Shown here: piece by piece, positions 1-10,615 of the stretch | Layout of the letters: each line of letters opens with the position of its first letter | Position numbering within the stretch: position 1 is the stretch's first letter | Assembly (NCBI GenBank): GCA_000004985.1 | Contig: GG738935.1 | Length of the DNA: 64,000 nucleotides | Source: Naegleria gruberi | Lineage: Eukaryota | Strand: one strand, 5' to 3' | Notes under the pieces: generated by a model | What the model saw: the letters and a program-made list of their open reading frames with translations, nothing else | What the model was told of the DNA's origin: nothing | Databases searched by the model: none | Translations under genes and position numbers: made by a program

Positions 1-1
1 A

Positions 2-3000
2 AGTCCTATTCAAGAAAGATTGGCCGAATATATTCAAGTTTATTATACCTATTCAACATCTAGTGAACAATATAAAATCAGAGAAGTATTGACAACGGAG
101 GATACTAATCCATGTATCATTCTATCAAATTTACTTTTACAAATTTCTAAAAAGAGTGTCAATGTGTTTGTTGAAGTATTTCAATGGACAAGTTTGTGGA
201 AGATTGTGATTGATATTTTCAAGAATTTGTCCAAATTTGATGAAGAAAGAATGAATATTGAACATTTTATTCAATTCTGCAATTTTACAAGTTTGTCTTT
301 TGGTAACATGTTTCTTCATGCTTCCAAGGATATTAGAAAATTGATAGAATTGAGTTCATCTAAGGTTTTTATGGAAATGATGCAATATTTGGAACAGTTT
401 GTAAATAGTGCTGAAAATGAATCAAAGAAATTTAAAACTTTGGAAAAGGTTGCAATTTTATATGTGATTGAAATTTATGTTTGGGGTCTCTTTACATCTC
501 TCCATTTAATTCCAAATTTGTTAATTGAATTCCAACATTGTGATGGATATGATTTGCTGAAGAAAGTTTTCTATGCCATTAACAATTCTGAGAAGAGCGA
601 ATCATCTCAAGATTGCTTTCTTTTACAATTCCAACAACAAAAAATGTTAACAATATTGCATGTAATGATTAATCTTGTTTTAGAATTGACAACACATATT
701 CAATTGGTTAATCAGGAAGAAGCTATTCAGGAACAACTTGGAAAGTGTAAGAGAAATCAACATGTTTTTGGGCTATTGGTCTATCTTTATAATCATACAG
801 ACATGTCCAAGATTGGAAGTGATTTTTTATGTAAAAGAGAGTTATTAGATCACTTACTCTCTAATTTGACACTTTTCCACGAGGAATATTTCAAAATTCT
901 TTACAATAGTGAACCTTTCAAGTATATTTGTGAGAATTTTACTTCTACATCAAAGGAAATGCAAATTCAAGTTTTAAAAACTTTTGATCACTACATTCAA
1001 TTATTCACTCTATTAGATTCATCTAATGAAACACAAGTTGATGAAAATTTAATATGTAGAGATTTTAATGAGTATCTCAAATTGTTACTGACCAATCATG
1101 ATATGTTTTTAGACTCAATTATGAGAGTTTGTAATCATTTGATATCTAAAATTCAGGACAAGTCCATTTATCACAAGATTCAACTACTTTTTAGAAATTC
1201 AGGATTTACAAAATTAATACTTCAATCTATTGATATCAAACAAAGAAATAATCAAGTTATGGCAAAACTAGTACAACTAATTTATTTATTCTTAGAAGGA
1301 AATTTAGATAATCACAAAGATTTTATGGGTCAATTAACTCCAAAGTCAAATCCACTCTACAAATTATTGTATGATGAAGAGTTGATTGGAGAAACATTAC
1401 CTGTCATCAAAATGATTGTTGTTAATGACAAATCACAAACATGGGACTTTATTATATCAGATTTATTGGAAATTATGTTTATTAACAATCTAGATGAATC
1501 TAGTTTCAATTCAATGTACTCTAACATTCATCAATCGCACAATTCAAGTGTTAAATTTTGTGAAAAGCACTTGAGAATGTGTGAAAAAATCTTATGCTGC
1601 ATTAGAAAAATGTTTTTGGAGAATGAAAATGTAAAGAATTCCTTTAGAAAATGTAAAGGATATGAAAAGATTATCAACTTACTTGTTCTAAATAGTACAA
1701 ATTTAGAATGTTACGATTTAGTCTTTTCCATTGTCCAATCATGTATTAATTTACTTATACTTTCAATGAATGAGAATTCAGACAATGAGATTTACTTTAA
1801 AAAGTTTATTACATTCTCTTCATTATTGTCTCCATTACACAAATGTGGATTTGTTAAGAGTTATGAACATGGTATTAATCTGACTATGAATTTGTTACAA
1901 TTCTCAGTTATGGACTATGGTTTATATGAACCAAATAATTCTGATAGATTTAGAAAATTAATTGAAGAAAAAGTTCTCTTATTTGAAAATCCTGAAATGA
2001 TTCCAGAGGTAATTCTTAAATTATATGGTAGAAATCTGAGTGAAATTGATCCAAAGTTATCAAATTTCCTTGTTGATATGCTTTTTAGACTTGTGAAATA
2101 TTCAACAAACAGACATCGTTTGTCTAGAGCTAAATCTCTTTTAATTCTAATGAAGGAATTTACAACAGTTCTATTGGAGCCTTCTCACTATCTTTCTAAT
2201 AGAATTACCAAATTATTAATGCTCCTAGGTGCTCACAATTTTTCTCCTCGTGAAATGCAATACTATTTTACATTGTTCACACCTGACAGATTGAATACTA
2301 TTATTCAATCATCAAATAATAATGGAAATTCCCTCACTAGTACCACTAATTCAAATAGTTTCATTTCAATTTTGAATAGCAGTGGTAACAGTGGTAGTAA
2401 CAGTAATAGTAATAGTACTGAAATGATTGCAAGTTCACCTCTTCCAATTCTACCTTCCACCAAAACAATTAATAATTTATTGAAGACATTACTTGAATTG
2501 GGTGAACAAACTTTTATTCCAAATTATTATATTGACTTTTCTCCTCTCAACAAGGACAAGGTATTCCGATATGATGATTTGACTCAACTCAAGAGTAAGA
2601 GATTGAGACTCTTCTCTAGCTCTTCAAGTAAGATGGCTCACGATAGAGAAGAAAGAATTTTACTGAAGAGAACACTTAATACTTTTTCATCAATTTTATT
2701 CCCAAAGATGAATTATTCTTCATGGCCGTCCGAGAAGGGACATACAACTACTTTGTGGTTCAGAATTGAAAGTAATTCCAATTCCAAGATTAGTTTATTC
2801 AGTTTCTCTTCTCATGTCAATTCAATGGTATTTAATGTTTCAATGACACCTGATATGAAATTGAATATAGAGATGGAAAGAACAAATGAAAAATTAGAAT
2901 GGACAGAAACATTTTCAAATTATGAATTCAAACTCTATCAGTGGTATTTTATTGGTATTAATCAACAATTAATTCAATTACAAGATAAGATTGAACACAA

Positions 3001-6000
3001 GTTTGGATTATTTGTAAATGGTTTTCATGTTCAGGAAGTTGTTCATCAAGAATCTATTGACAAATCTATTATGGATATGTTCAAATCATTCTTGAGTTTC
3101 TCTCAAACAAGTTTAGAATTTATTGTTATGGGATCAAATGCCTATGACATGTCAAAAACAGTTAATCAAACAATGAAGAGTGTTAATAAGAGATCAGGAT
3201 CATTGAAATCAACTCTTTCAATCAATACTTCAAATATTGCCTCCAACTCATCAACAAGCGTTGGTCTTCATATTCCTAGTCCAATCAATAATAATAACAC
3301 TACTAATAATTTATTATTGAATAGTGCTAGGAGTAGTTCCAGTAGTTTGAGTTCAAATACAGCACCAGTACATGGACATAATGCAAATGTAACAGCCCAA
3401 TCTCCTTCAGATGAAGATAATTCAGCACTAGCTAATCAACAAGAGAAATTATTCACTTGTCCAGCATTCCAACTTGGTAACATGTTCTTTATTGAAGAAT
3501 GCTTGAATGATGAAGAAATGTACATGATGTATCATTTGGGTCCTAATTATATGGGCAATTTTGATGAAGATTTATCTCAATACTTTTGTAATGAAATGAT
3601 TAATGAGGAAAGTGTTGTAAAATTCAAGAATAAGATTTACTATATGAAAGATTGCTCAAACAATGTAGGTTTGAGTCAATTAACAAACAGATTTGTTTTT
3701 GCATTTTCATCAGTGGATGCTAGTTTAATTACAAGAATAGCTCAACAATCACAATCAAATTCATTGGACAGTGTTGATATTGTTTTTAGTAATAATAAGA
3801 AAAAGAAGATGGCTTCCTCCAATACTAGTAGTAGCTCCAGCTCGACATCAAACAGCTCATCCAAGGTTGCAGCTACACCTTCTGATAGTAATGCCTCTAC
3901 ACCAATGTCTGTTGGTTCTCCAACTCCCTCTCCATCAACTGTTACTGCTTCCTCTTCCTCTAATAGCAATAACACTGCTTCTAGTGATGCTAGCTCTTCA
4001 AGTAGTAGTGGTAGTGGTAGTGGCAGTGGCAGTAGTAGCAATAGCAATGTTGTTTATAATGTTTCTGATATTAGATCATACATACCTAATAGAAATTACA
4101 ACAATGCCAATGCACTCAACTATCAAAAGACAACTAATTTTACTTCAATCAAGTGTTACCTTTCTGGTAAAACAACACTTGTATCAAAGTGTACATTTAA
4201 GGGTAATTTATATGTTATTGGAGGAATGAAAGCAATTTTAGGTCTTTATGCCAAGATGAAAGATCCATCAAGTAAGATTTACACACTCCTATTATTATCT
4301 TATTTGATGAAAAACAACTCGCTCAATACTTCTGAAATGCTAAGATTGGGAGGATATGACATGTTAAATTATCATTTCCTTTCATCTAAAGATAGTCAAT
4401 TTGAAATTACTCCATCAGTTCTATTAGCACTTTTAGTAATGTGTGGACTTGATATTCCAAATGATGTCATAGTCAATTCAGTGAATCTTAAGGTGAGAGA
4501 TATTTGTAAGCGCGGAGTTATTAATAATTTTATGGCATTTGAAAAACTCTTATTAGATTATAGAATTTGGCATACCAATGCTAAAGTTGATACTTTGAAG
4601 AAAATGTTAAAATGTTTGGCAGAGTTGGTTTCCTCTTCATTCAGATCTAAAGTTAATGAACATCACCGTGCTATTTTATTAACAACGGCAAATGGTGTTA
4701 AAAGATTGCTCTTTGCCATGTCTCAATCATATGTAGTTGGTGAAAAGATTGATTGGCCAATTAAGATTATTAATCCAACCATCAAGATTCTCAAATGCAT
4801 CATTCCAACACCAATTTCAATGACCTACGTTTATCCAATTGTTCAATATATTATTTTAACTCATCATCAAGATTATGCTCAATGGATGAATGAAAATAAT
4901 ATGAACAACAATTACATGCCACAATTAACAACAACAACAACAATAGGAACAAGTGAAGATGGTTCTAATAATCATCTAGACAGTCATTATGGAAATGTTG
5001 AAATTATTGAACCAAGAAAATCAGTATTGAATATGTTCTATAATTTGATAGAAGAGGCACCTGAAGATGTGTTGGAAGATTTCCACTCTGTTTTGCCAAC
5101 AGGACAAATTATTGCACTTTTAAATACCAAATCAAATCTTATAAGATGTATTCTATTGAAAATGTTAGGAGTTTACTTGTCGAGAAAGGAAACACTCAAA
5201 GATCAATTTATTAAGAGTAATGCTGCTCATTTATTGACATTACAATTGTTAGAAGTTGGAAATCCTTCTCTCTTAGAATTCCAAGTTATGTTTGATTTAA
5301 TGTTGGGTCTCTTCAATAATAATACGACAACTGCAGCAGCTGCTGATTATTCAAATGATTATATAGCATCTCCTGTTAAAACGAGACGAAACAGTATAAT
5401 TCTGAGTTCTGGTGCCACAAGTGGTGGTATTGATTCAATCGATGATTTATTAGAATTAGGAGAGGGTGATGATGATAAGACAGCCCTCCAGAGAACATCA
5501 CTTTTCCTTCCTACCTCAATTTCTCATGCAGCTTTCTTATTACCAAAATCTACATCAGGTTCTTGTTCTTCTAATGGTAGAGATTCTTCTGATTCTTCAC
5601 CAACAAAGAAGAGATCAAGATCAGTTTATTTCAAATCCATGAATGCTGCTACAATTGCTTCATCACCAACCAATACAAACACCGCTCTCAACTCTACTGC
5701 AACTAGTAGTAGTAGTAGTAGTACTACTTCTGGAAAATCGCTTCATATTCCTAGTAGTAGTGATAGTCCTATGGGATTTACAAACTATAATACTACACCA
5801 AAAGGTAGTAGTAGCAGCAGATATATCACTACTAATAGATTGAAGAATTCAATTTCTCTCATTAAATATGAATTCTCTCAATTTGAATTCAGAGAATTCC
5901 TCACACCAATTCTAAGACTCATACCATGTATTAAAGATATTGAGGAGAAGATTAACGTATTTGAAACTATTTGCAGACTTTTCAAGAATGGTGGTGAAAA

Positions 6001-9000
6001 ATTGAAGTTATACTTTTATGAAATCAAGGCTCATTGGTATATTCAAGTTTACTTGTCAAATTTACCAAAGGATAATCCACATACCAAAAAGTTTATCAAA
6101 CTCACATTGGACTTTATTATTGATTATGTTAATTATAGTATTTTAAATATTCCTAAACAATATTTGGGTCAATATGGTCTGAAAGGAAGTGTTGAAATAT
6201 TGACAAATATTTTACAATACCTTTTAGTGATGGAGAAGAGTTCTTATGATATTATTTTCATTCAAAATATGCAAAGATATATTTTACAAGGTGTTCTTGC
6301 CTTCTTCCAAAAGAATTATCTCTTCCATGAAAAATCCAAAACCTTGAAGAAGGATAAACAACTTCAAAAGAAGGAAAAAAAGATCAAAGGCCATTTGAGT
6401 GCTGTTTTCATTTCATTCTGTACTTGTGCAACTGACTATATTATTCAGTGGTTCGATTTACCTCCAGAACCACCAGTTACCAATGAGGAAACCACAACAG
6501 GCAAGATAAGTATGATGGGGTCATCTGCTATTGCACAAAAATATGGAAATATCAGTGGAACAAGAAGAAACATTACTAGAATGTTTGACGATTCTTCAAA
6601 TAATTCTTTGAATACTACTACTGGTTCACATACTCTGAAAACCTCAACTAGTATGATATTCGAAAAACAACACATTGAGGATGAATCTCCAACAGTTCAA
6701 TCAGAATCTAATAATACTGAAGACAACCCTCAACTTTCCCAATTCAAAAATGTTCAATTTATTGATAATTATGTGGGAACTGATGATACAACTCAAACCA
6801 AAACAGTCAAGATTCAACAAGATCAAGCTTGGGATCAAAGATCACTCTCTTCCAAGATATTCCACAATTATGAACGTACACTTTCACAAGATGCATCTTC
6901 ATCATCAGAAGAGGAAGAAGGAAATGATTCAACTCTCTTTTCACACAATATTCATGATATTTCAGGATTTATTTATTGGTTCATTGATTCTATTCGTAAA
7001 TGTCTTGTTATTCAAAAGAAGGGATCATCAAAATCAAGTAGAACTGGAAGTTTCTATGATGAAAATCAAGATTTCACACCAATTACTACACCTGAATTTA
7101 TTCTAGTAGAACAATTGAAGAGAATTTTCATGTTCTTATTGGATTCTAAACGTTCCAAACCTGATCATATATTCACACTTCTCCAACTTTTATACTTCTT
7201 CCCATTCCATAGTGAATTGATTATTCATGATCTATTACAAGAACCACCAGGTTATCAAGAGATGGTTAATTGTGGAAAGCTTTTGAAGAGTTTCTGTTCA
7301 GATACCAAGTACATTACCAGATTATTATTTAGAACTGCAAACTTGTTTGATAAGACTGATACTATTCTACCACAATTGAATAGAAAAGTTTGGAAAGTAA
7401 TAATTTCAACATGTAAAGATTATTTGAAGAAGAATATTTTCCCAAAAACATTTGATCCAAATGATCCAGATTTTGTGAGTATGGTTGAAGAAGCTTCAAC
7501 TGTTTCGGAGAATATTTCATCACTCATCTTTGAACCAAGTGTTATTGATCAAGTGAGAGAATGGGAATCTAATGAATTTTCAACCTTCAACTCTAAATTA
7601 ACTGCTGTGACAGAGGTAATTCTAAAATCAGAAGAATCAGACAAGAAGAAGGATTCAAATATTAGAAAGAATTTAAGAAATGAACAAACACAATTAGAAT
7701 TGAATAAGATTAAATATATGAAACCACACATGCTCAAATTGAAATCAATTAAGGATACAGATTTACAAGCTAGAAAACAATGGAAAATGCTTGTCAAGTT
7801 CATTCAAGAAGATGTCAGCTCCTTCAATGTTTATTTCCACACCACCAATTCATATTGTGATAAAACAATCAAGACAAGATCAACCATTACAACAACAAGA
7901 AGTCACGTCACTAAAGAAAATGATTATCACAGATTATCATTCTCTCCATATGATGATGAAACATTTGAAAATGTTGACTACAAGTTAGATTCAACATCTG
8001 GTCCAAATCGTGTCAGAATGAGAATGAAGAGACAATTGAAAAAGAGACCATTCAATATTGATGAATTCCAAAGTGAAACTCAATTAACAAATGTTCAATC
8101 ATCACAAAAGAAGAGATCAGTCAAATTTAGTGAGATTACAACTGTTCATGGTGGAAATGGTAGTAATACCAATTTGAATAATTCACAAGATGATGATGAA
8201 GTAACCAGTTCTTCAACTACAACAACAACAACATTGAATGAGAACTCTTATCACTTGTCAATTTCAACAATTATTTTAGAACCAAAGAAGTGTAAGAGAA
8301 TTACACCACTCAGAATTACGGAGGGTGATTTGATTTTAGGAGAAGATGGTGTCTACTTTATTGCTTCTTGCAGTTATCCATTGACAATTAGAACTAATTC
8401 TTCCTCTACAAATCATTCTAAACAATTGGAAATGAAAAAGACTTATAACTTTTCCTATGAAGAAATTAGAGAAATTCACAATCGTAGATATTTACTCAAG
8501 AACAATGCTTTGGAATTCTTCCTATTGAATGGTAAATCATTCTTCTTTGCATTTGATGATGGTGAAACAAGAGATAGAGTATTATCAATCCTTTCATCTC
8601 CCTCCTCTAGATTTAATTATCTAAGTTTAACTCCAAATTTGAACTTGTTAAATTTAGTTAACTATGAAGAAGAAGTTAATGGAAAACTAATCTTTAAGAA
8701 ATCAATTACTCAAAAATGGGTTGAAGGTACAATTAGTAACTTTGAATATCTTATGCATTTGAATATTCTAGCTGGTAGATCATTTAATGATTTGACTCAA
8801 TATCCAGTCTTTCCATTTATTTTAAGAGATTATGATAGTAAGGAACTTGATTTATCAGATCCAAATACATTTAGAGATTTAAAAAAGCCAATGGGTGCAT
8901 TGAATGAAAAACGTTTAGAAAAGATTATTCAACAATATGAAAATTTGAAAGATGTTGAAGATCAAATTCCATATCACTATGGAAGTCACTACTCTACTCC

Positions 9001-10588
9001 AATTGCTGTATCTTATTATCTTGTGAGAATGGAACCATTTACTAGAATTTTCTTTGAATTCAATGATGGAAAATTGGATTTACCAGATAGAACATTCCAC
9101 TCCTTAAAGAAATCTTGGGAATTATCATCAGGAGAAACTCAATCCAAATCAGATTTCAAAGAACTTACTCCAGAATTCTTCTACTTGCCAGAATTTTTAC
9201 AAAACAGAAATCGTATTGATTTTGGTATTTTACAAAATGATAAGAGTTTTGATGATGTAGAATTACCACCTTGGGCTAATGGTGATCCTGTTTTATTTAT
9301 TAGAAAGCATAGAAAAGCTCTTGAATCTGACTATGTTTCTCGTAATTTACATCACTGGATTGATTTAATATTTGGTTACAAACAACGTGGAGAATCTGCT
9401 ATTAACAGTTACAATGTATTCCATTACATGACTTATGAAGGTTCTCTAACTGATGAAGTTGATTTAATTGATGATCCAATTACAAGAGAAGCCAGATGGA
9501 CTCAAATCTGTACCTATGGTCAAACTCCAAAACAATTATTCAAAAAAGCTCACCCTGAACGTTATGCTACAACTAATCTTATGGGAGGTGAAGAAGATAC
9601 TATCAATGTCATTCCAATTACAAATTACATTTTCAAAGTTGCAAATGAATTATCTCCTGGAAATATTAGAATATTCAAAGAACCTGTTGCTGATATTTAT
9701 ATTAGAAATGATCAAACAACTCACAATAATAGTGTTATTGCTGTTGGAAAGTATAAGATTTTCATTCCTCCAAGTGGACAAGAACGTAGAAATTCACCTG
9801 TTTATCTATCTTATAGACATTGGGATAAAACATTGAGAATTGAAAAGTGGGATAATGGAAAGCAATTACACATCTTCCACTTTATGAATCAACCTGAAAT
9901 TTACAAATGTGCCAAATTCTCACGTGAAGGTGATATGCTAGTTGTTGGTACTAATATTGGAGCATTGCACGTTTTTAGAGTTAACAATAGAATTAAGATT
10001 CACAATAAGAATACTCCAGATACAACAAATGTTAATACTGATAAGGATAACAAATTCTTGGACCATGTTGCAACTCTGAGTGGTCATTCTGATAGTGTTT
10101 TATGTGTTGCCATCTCAACTGAATTTTCAATGATTATTAGTGGTTCTCGTGATTCTTGTATGATGATTTGGGATTTGAATAGATTTAGATTTGTTAAATC
10201 AATTAAGCATGATGGTAAAGTCACGTGCATTGCCACTTCACCAACAACAGGTGATATTGCCTCATTCTGTCAAAACAATGTAAATGGACAAAATCACTTG
10301 TATTTATGGACTGTTAATGGTGATTTGATTTCATATTGCAACATTAGAGCAAAGATTACATGTATGAAATTCACCTGGATGGATGAAGGTATCAATCAAA
10401 ATGTTCTTGTTTGTGGTTTGGCCAATGGTACTATTGCTATATTGGATGCTTTAGGTTTGAAGGTTATTTCTAAACTCAAAATTACTGACTATACTTCACC
10501 AATTAGATCAATTGAAATTAACTCTCCAATGACAGAGATTGTTGCTGGTGACGACAGAGGTTTTGTTGTGAGTTGGTACAAGAAATAA
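2..10588 (+). CDS. BEACH-domain protein with C-terminal WD40 repeats (LvsA/neurobeachin/LYST-like). 5' partial: the reading frame is open from the window edge. No introns in 10.5 kb.
   Basis: 3522-aa continuous ORF. Canonical BEACH domain (WVEGTISNFEYLMHLNILAGRSFNDLTQYPVFPFIL...HYGSHYSTPIAVSYYLVRMEPFT...WIDLIFGYKQRGE..NVFHYMTYEG) at about nt 8700-9560. A PH-like region precedes it and WD40 repeats follow (about nt 9860-10560). Stop TAA at 10586-10588. The track start at 20 is TTG; the frame is open upstream to the window edge, so the N-terminus lies outside the window. Confidence 0.9.
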   Translation, partial: SPIQERLAEYIQVYYTYSTSSEQYKIREVLTTEDTNPCIILSNLLLQISKKSVNVFVEVFQWTSLWKIVIDIFKNLSKFDEERMNIEHFIQFCNFTSLSFGNMFLHASKDIRKLIELSSSKVFMEMMQYLEQFVNSAENESKKFKTLEKVAILYVIEIYVWGLFTSLHLIPNLLIEFQHCDGYDLLKKVFYAINNSEKSESSQDCFLLQFQQQKMLTILHVMINLVLELTTHIQLVNQEEAIQEQLGKCKRNQHVFGLLVYLYNHTDMSKIGSDFLCKRELLDHLLSNLTLFHEEYFKILYNSEPFKYICENFTSTSKEMQIQVLKTFDHYIQLFTLLDSSNETQVDENLICRDFNEYLKLLLTNHDMFLDSIMRVCNHLISKIQDKSIYHKIQLLFRNSGFTKLILQSIDIKQRNNQVMAKLVQLIYLFLEGNLDNHKDFMGQLTPKSNPLYKLLYDEELIGETLPVIKMIVVNDKSQTWDFIISDLLEIMFINNLDESSFNSMYSNIHQSHNSSVKFCEKHLRMCEKILCCIRKMFLENENVKNSFRKCKGYEKIINLLVLNSTNLECYDLVFSIVQSCINLLILSMNENSDNEIYFKKFITFSSLLSPLHKCGFVKSYEHGINLTMNLLQFSVMDYGLYEPNNSDRFRKLIEEKVLLFENPEMIPEVILKLYGRNLSEIDPKLSNFLVDMLFRLVKYSTNRHRLSRAKSLLILMKEFTTVLLEPSHYLSNRITKLLMLLGAHNFSPREMQYYFTLFTPDRLNTIIQSSNNNGNSLTSTTNSNSFISILNSSGNSGSNSNSNSTEMIASSPLPILPSTKTINNLLKTLLELGEQTFIPNYYIDFSPLNKDKVFRYDDLTQLKSKRLRLFSSSSSKMAHDREERILLKRTLNTFSSILFPKMNYSSWPSEKGHTTTLWFRIESNSNSKISLFSFSSHVNSMVFNVSMTPDMKLNIEMERTNEKLEWTETFSNYEFKLYQWYFIGINQQLIQLQDKIEHKFGLFVNGFHVQEVVHQESIDKSIMDMFKSFLSFSQTSLEFIVMGSNAYDMSKTVNQTMKSVNKRSGSLKSTLSINTSNIASNSSTSVGLHIPSPINNNNTTNNLLLNSARSSSSSLSSNTAPVHGHNANVTAQSPSDEDNSALANQQEKLFTCPAFQLGNMFFIEECLNDEEMYMMYHLGPNYMGNFDEDLSQYFCNEMINEESVVKFKNKIYYMKDCSNNVGLSQLTNRFVFAFSSVDASLITRIAQQSQSNSLDSVDIVFSNNKKKKMASSNTSSSSSSTSNSSSKVAATPSDSNASTPMSVGSPTPSPSTVTASSSSNSNNTASSDASSSSSSGSGSGSGSSSNSNVVYNVSDIRSYIPNRNYNNANALNYQKTTNFTSIKCYLSGKTTLVSKCTFKGNLYVIGGMKAILGLYAKMKDPSSKIYTLLLLSYLMKNNSLNTSEMLRLGGYDMLNYHFLSSKDSQFEITPSVLLALLVMCGLDIPNDVIVNSVNLKVRDICKRGVINNFMAFEKLLLDYRIWHTNAKVDTLKKMLKCLAELVSSSFRSKVNEHHRAILLTTANGVKRLLFAMSQSYVVGEKIDWPIKIINPTIKILKCIIPTPISMTYVYPIVQYIILTHHQDYAQWMNENNMNNNYMPQLTTTTTIGTSEDGSNNHLDSHYGNVEIIEPRKSVLNMFYNLIEEAPEDVLEDFHSVLPTGQIIALLNTKSNLIRCILLKMLGVYLSRKETLKDQFIKSNAAHLLTLQLLEVGNPSLLEFQVMFDLMLGLFNNNTTTAAAADYSNDYIASPVKTRRNSIILSSGATSGGIDSIDDLLELGEGDDDKTALQRTSLFLPTSISHAAFLLPKSTSGSCSSNGRDSSDSSPTKKRSRSVYFKSMNAATIASSPTNTNTALNSTATSSSSSSTTSGKSLHIPSSSDSPMGFTNYNTTPKGSSSSRYITTNRLKNSISLIKYEFSQFEFREFLTPILRLIPCIKDIEEKINVFETICRLFKNGGEKLKLYFYEIKAHWYIQVYLSNLPKDNPHTKKFIKLTLDFIIDYVNYSILNIPKQYLGQYGLKGSVEILTNILQYLLVMEKSSYDIIFIQNMQRYILQGVLAFFQKNYLFHEKSKTLKKDKQLQKKEKKIKGHLSAVFISFCTCATDYIIQWFDLPPEPPVTNEETTTGKISMMGSSAIAQKYGNISGTRRNITRMFDDSSNNSLNTTTGSHTLKTSTSMIFEKQHIEDESPTVQSESNNTEDNPQLSQFKNVQFIDNYVGTDDTTQTKTVKIQQDQAWDQRSLSSKIFHNYERTLSQDASSSSEEEEGNDSTLFSHNIHDISGFIYWFIDSIRKCLVIQKKGSSKSSRTGSFYDENQDFTPITTPEFILVEQLKRIFMFLLDSKRSKPDHIFTLLQLLYFFPFHSELIIHDLLQEPPGYQEMVNCGKLLKSFCSDTKYITRLLFRTANLFDKTDTILPQLNRKVWKVIISTCKDYLKKNIFPKTFDPNDPDFVSMVEEASTVSENISSLIFEPSVIDQVREWESNEFSTFNSKLTAVTEVILKSEESDKKKDSNIRKNLRNEQTQLELNKIKYMKPHMLKLKSIKDTDLQARKQWKMLVKFIQEDVSSFNVYFHTTNSYCDKTIKTRSTITTTRSHVTKENDYHRLSFSPYDDETFENVDYKLDSTSGPNRVRMRMKRQLKKRPFNIDEFQSETQLTNVQSSQKKRSVKFSEITTVHGGNGSNTNLNNSQDDDEVTSSSTTTTTTLNENSYHLSISTIILEPKKCKRITPLRITEGDLILGEDGVYFIASCSYPLTIRTNSSSTNHSKQLEMKKTYNFSYEEIREIHNRRYLLKNNALEFFLLNGKSFFFAFDDGETRDRVLSILSSPSSRFNYLSLTPNLNLLNLVNYEEEVNGKLIFKKSITQKWVEGTISNFEYLMHLNILAGRSFNDLTQYPVFPFILRDYDSKELDLSDPNTFRDLKKPMGALNEKRLEKIIQQYENLKDVEDQIPYHYGSHYSTPIAVSYYLVRMEPFTRIFFEFNDGKLDLPDRTFHSLKKSWELSSGETQSKSDFKELTPEFFYLPEFLQNRNRIDFGILQNDKSFDDVELPPWANGDPVLFIRKHRKALESDYVSRNLHHWIDLIFGYKQRGESAINSYNVFHYMTYEGSLTDEVDLIDDPITREARWTQICTYGQTPKQLFKKAHPERYATTNLMGGEEDTINVIPITNYIFKVANELSPGNIRIFKEPVADIYIRNDQTTHNNSVIAVGKYKIFIPPSGQERRNSPVYLSYRHWDKTLRIEKWDNGKQLHIFHFMNQPEIYKCAKFSREGDMLVVGTNIGALHVFRVNNRIKIHNKNTPDTTNVNTDKDNKFLDHVATLSGHSDSVLCVAISTEFSMIISGSRDSCMMIWDLNRFRFVKSIKHDGKVTCIATSPTTGDIASFCQNNVNGQNHLYLWTVNGDLISYCNIRAKITCMKFTWMDEGINQNVLVCGLANGTIAILDALGLKVISKLKITDYTSPIRSIEINSPMTEIVAGDDRGFVVSWYKK
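4001..4038 (+). repeat. (AGT/GGT/GGC)n microsatellite encoding an SSSGSGSGSGSSS tract inside the BEACH CDS; part of a 200-nt Ser/Thr/Asn-rich low-complexity segment (3820-4040).
   Basis: agtagtagtggtagtggtagtggcagtggcagtagtagc read directly; the frame is preserved. Confidence 0.8.
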
Positions 10589-10615
10589 AACAATAAATTT
10601 GACTTGATAATAAAT

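Noticed and set aside
137-319. 60-aa minus-strand ORF inside the BEACH gene
   Set aside because: It lies antisense within a conserved coding region, is AT-rich with random composition, and has no start context; it is a typical shadow ORF.
3742-4229. Track ORFs 3742..4047(-) and 3771..4229(+), Leu/Pro/Val-rich
   Set aside because: Alternative-frame readings of the Ser/Gly trinucleotide repeat region inside the BEACH CDS; artefacts of the repeat.
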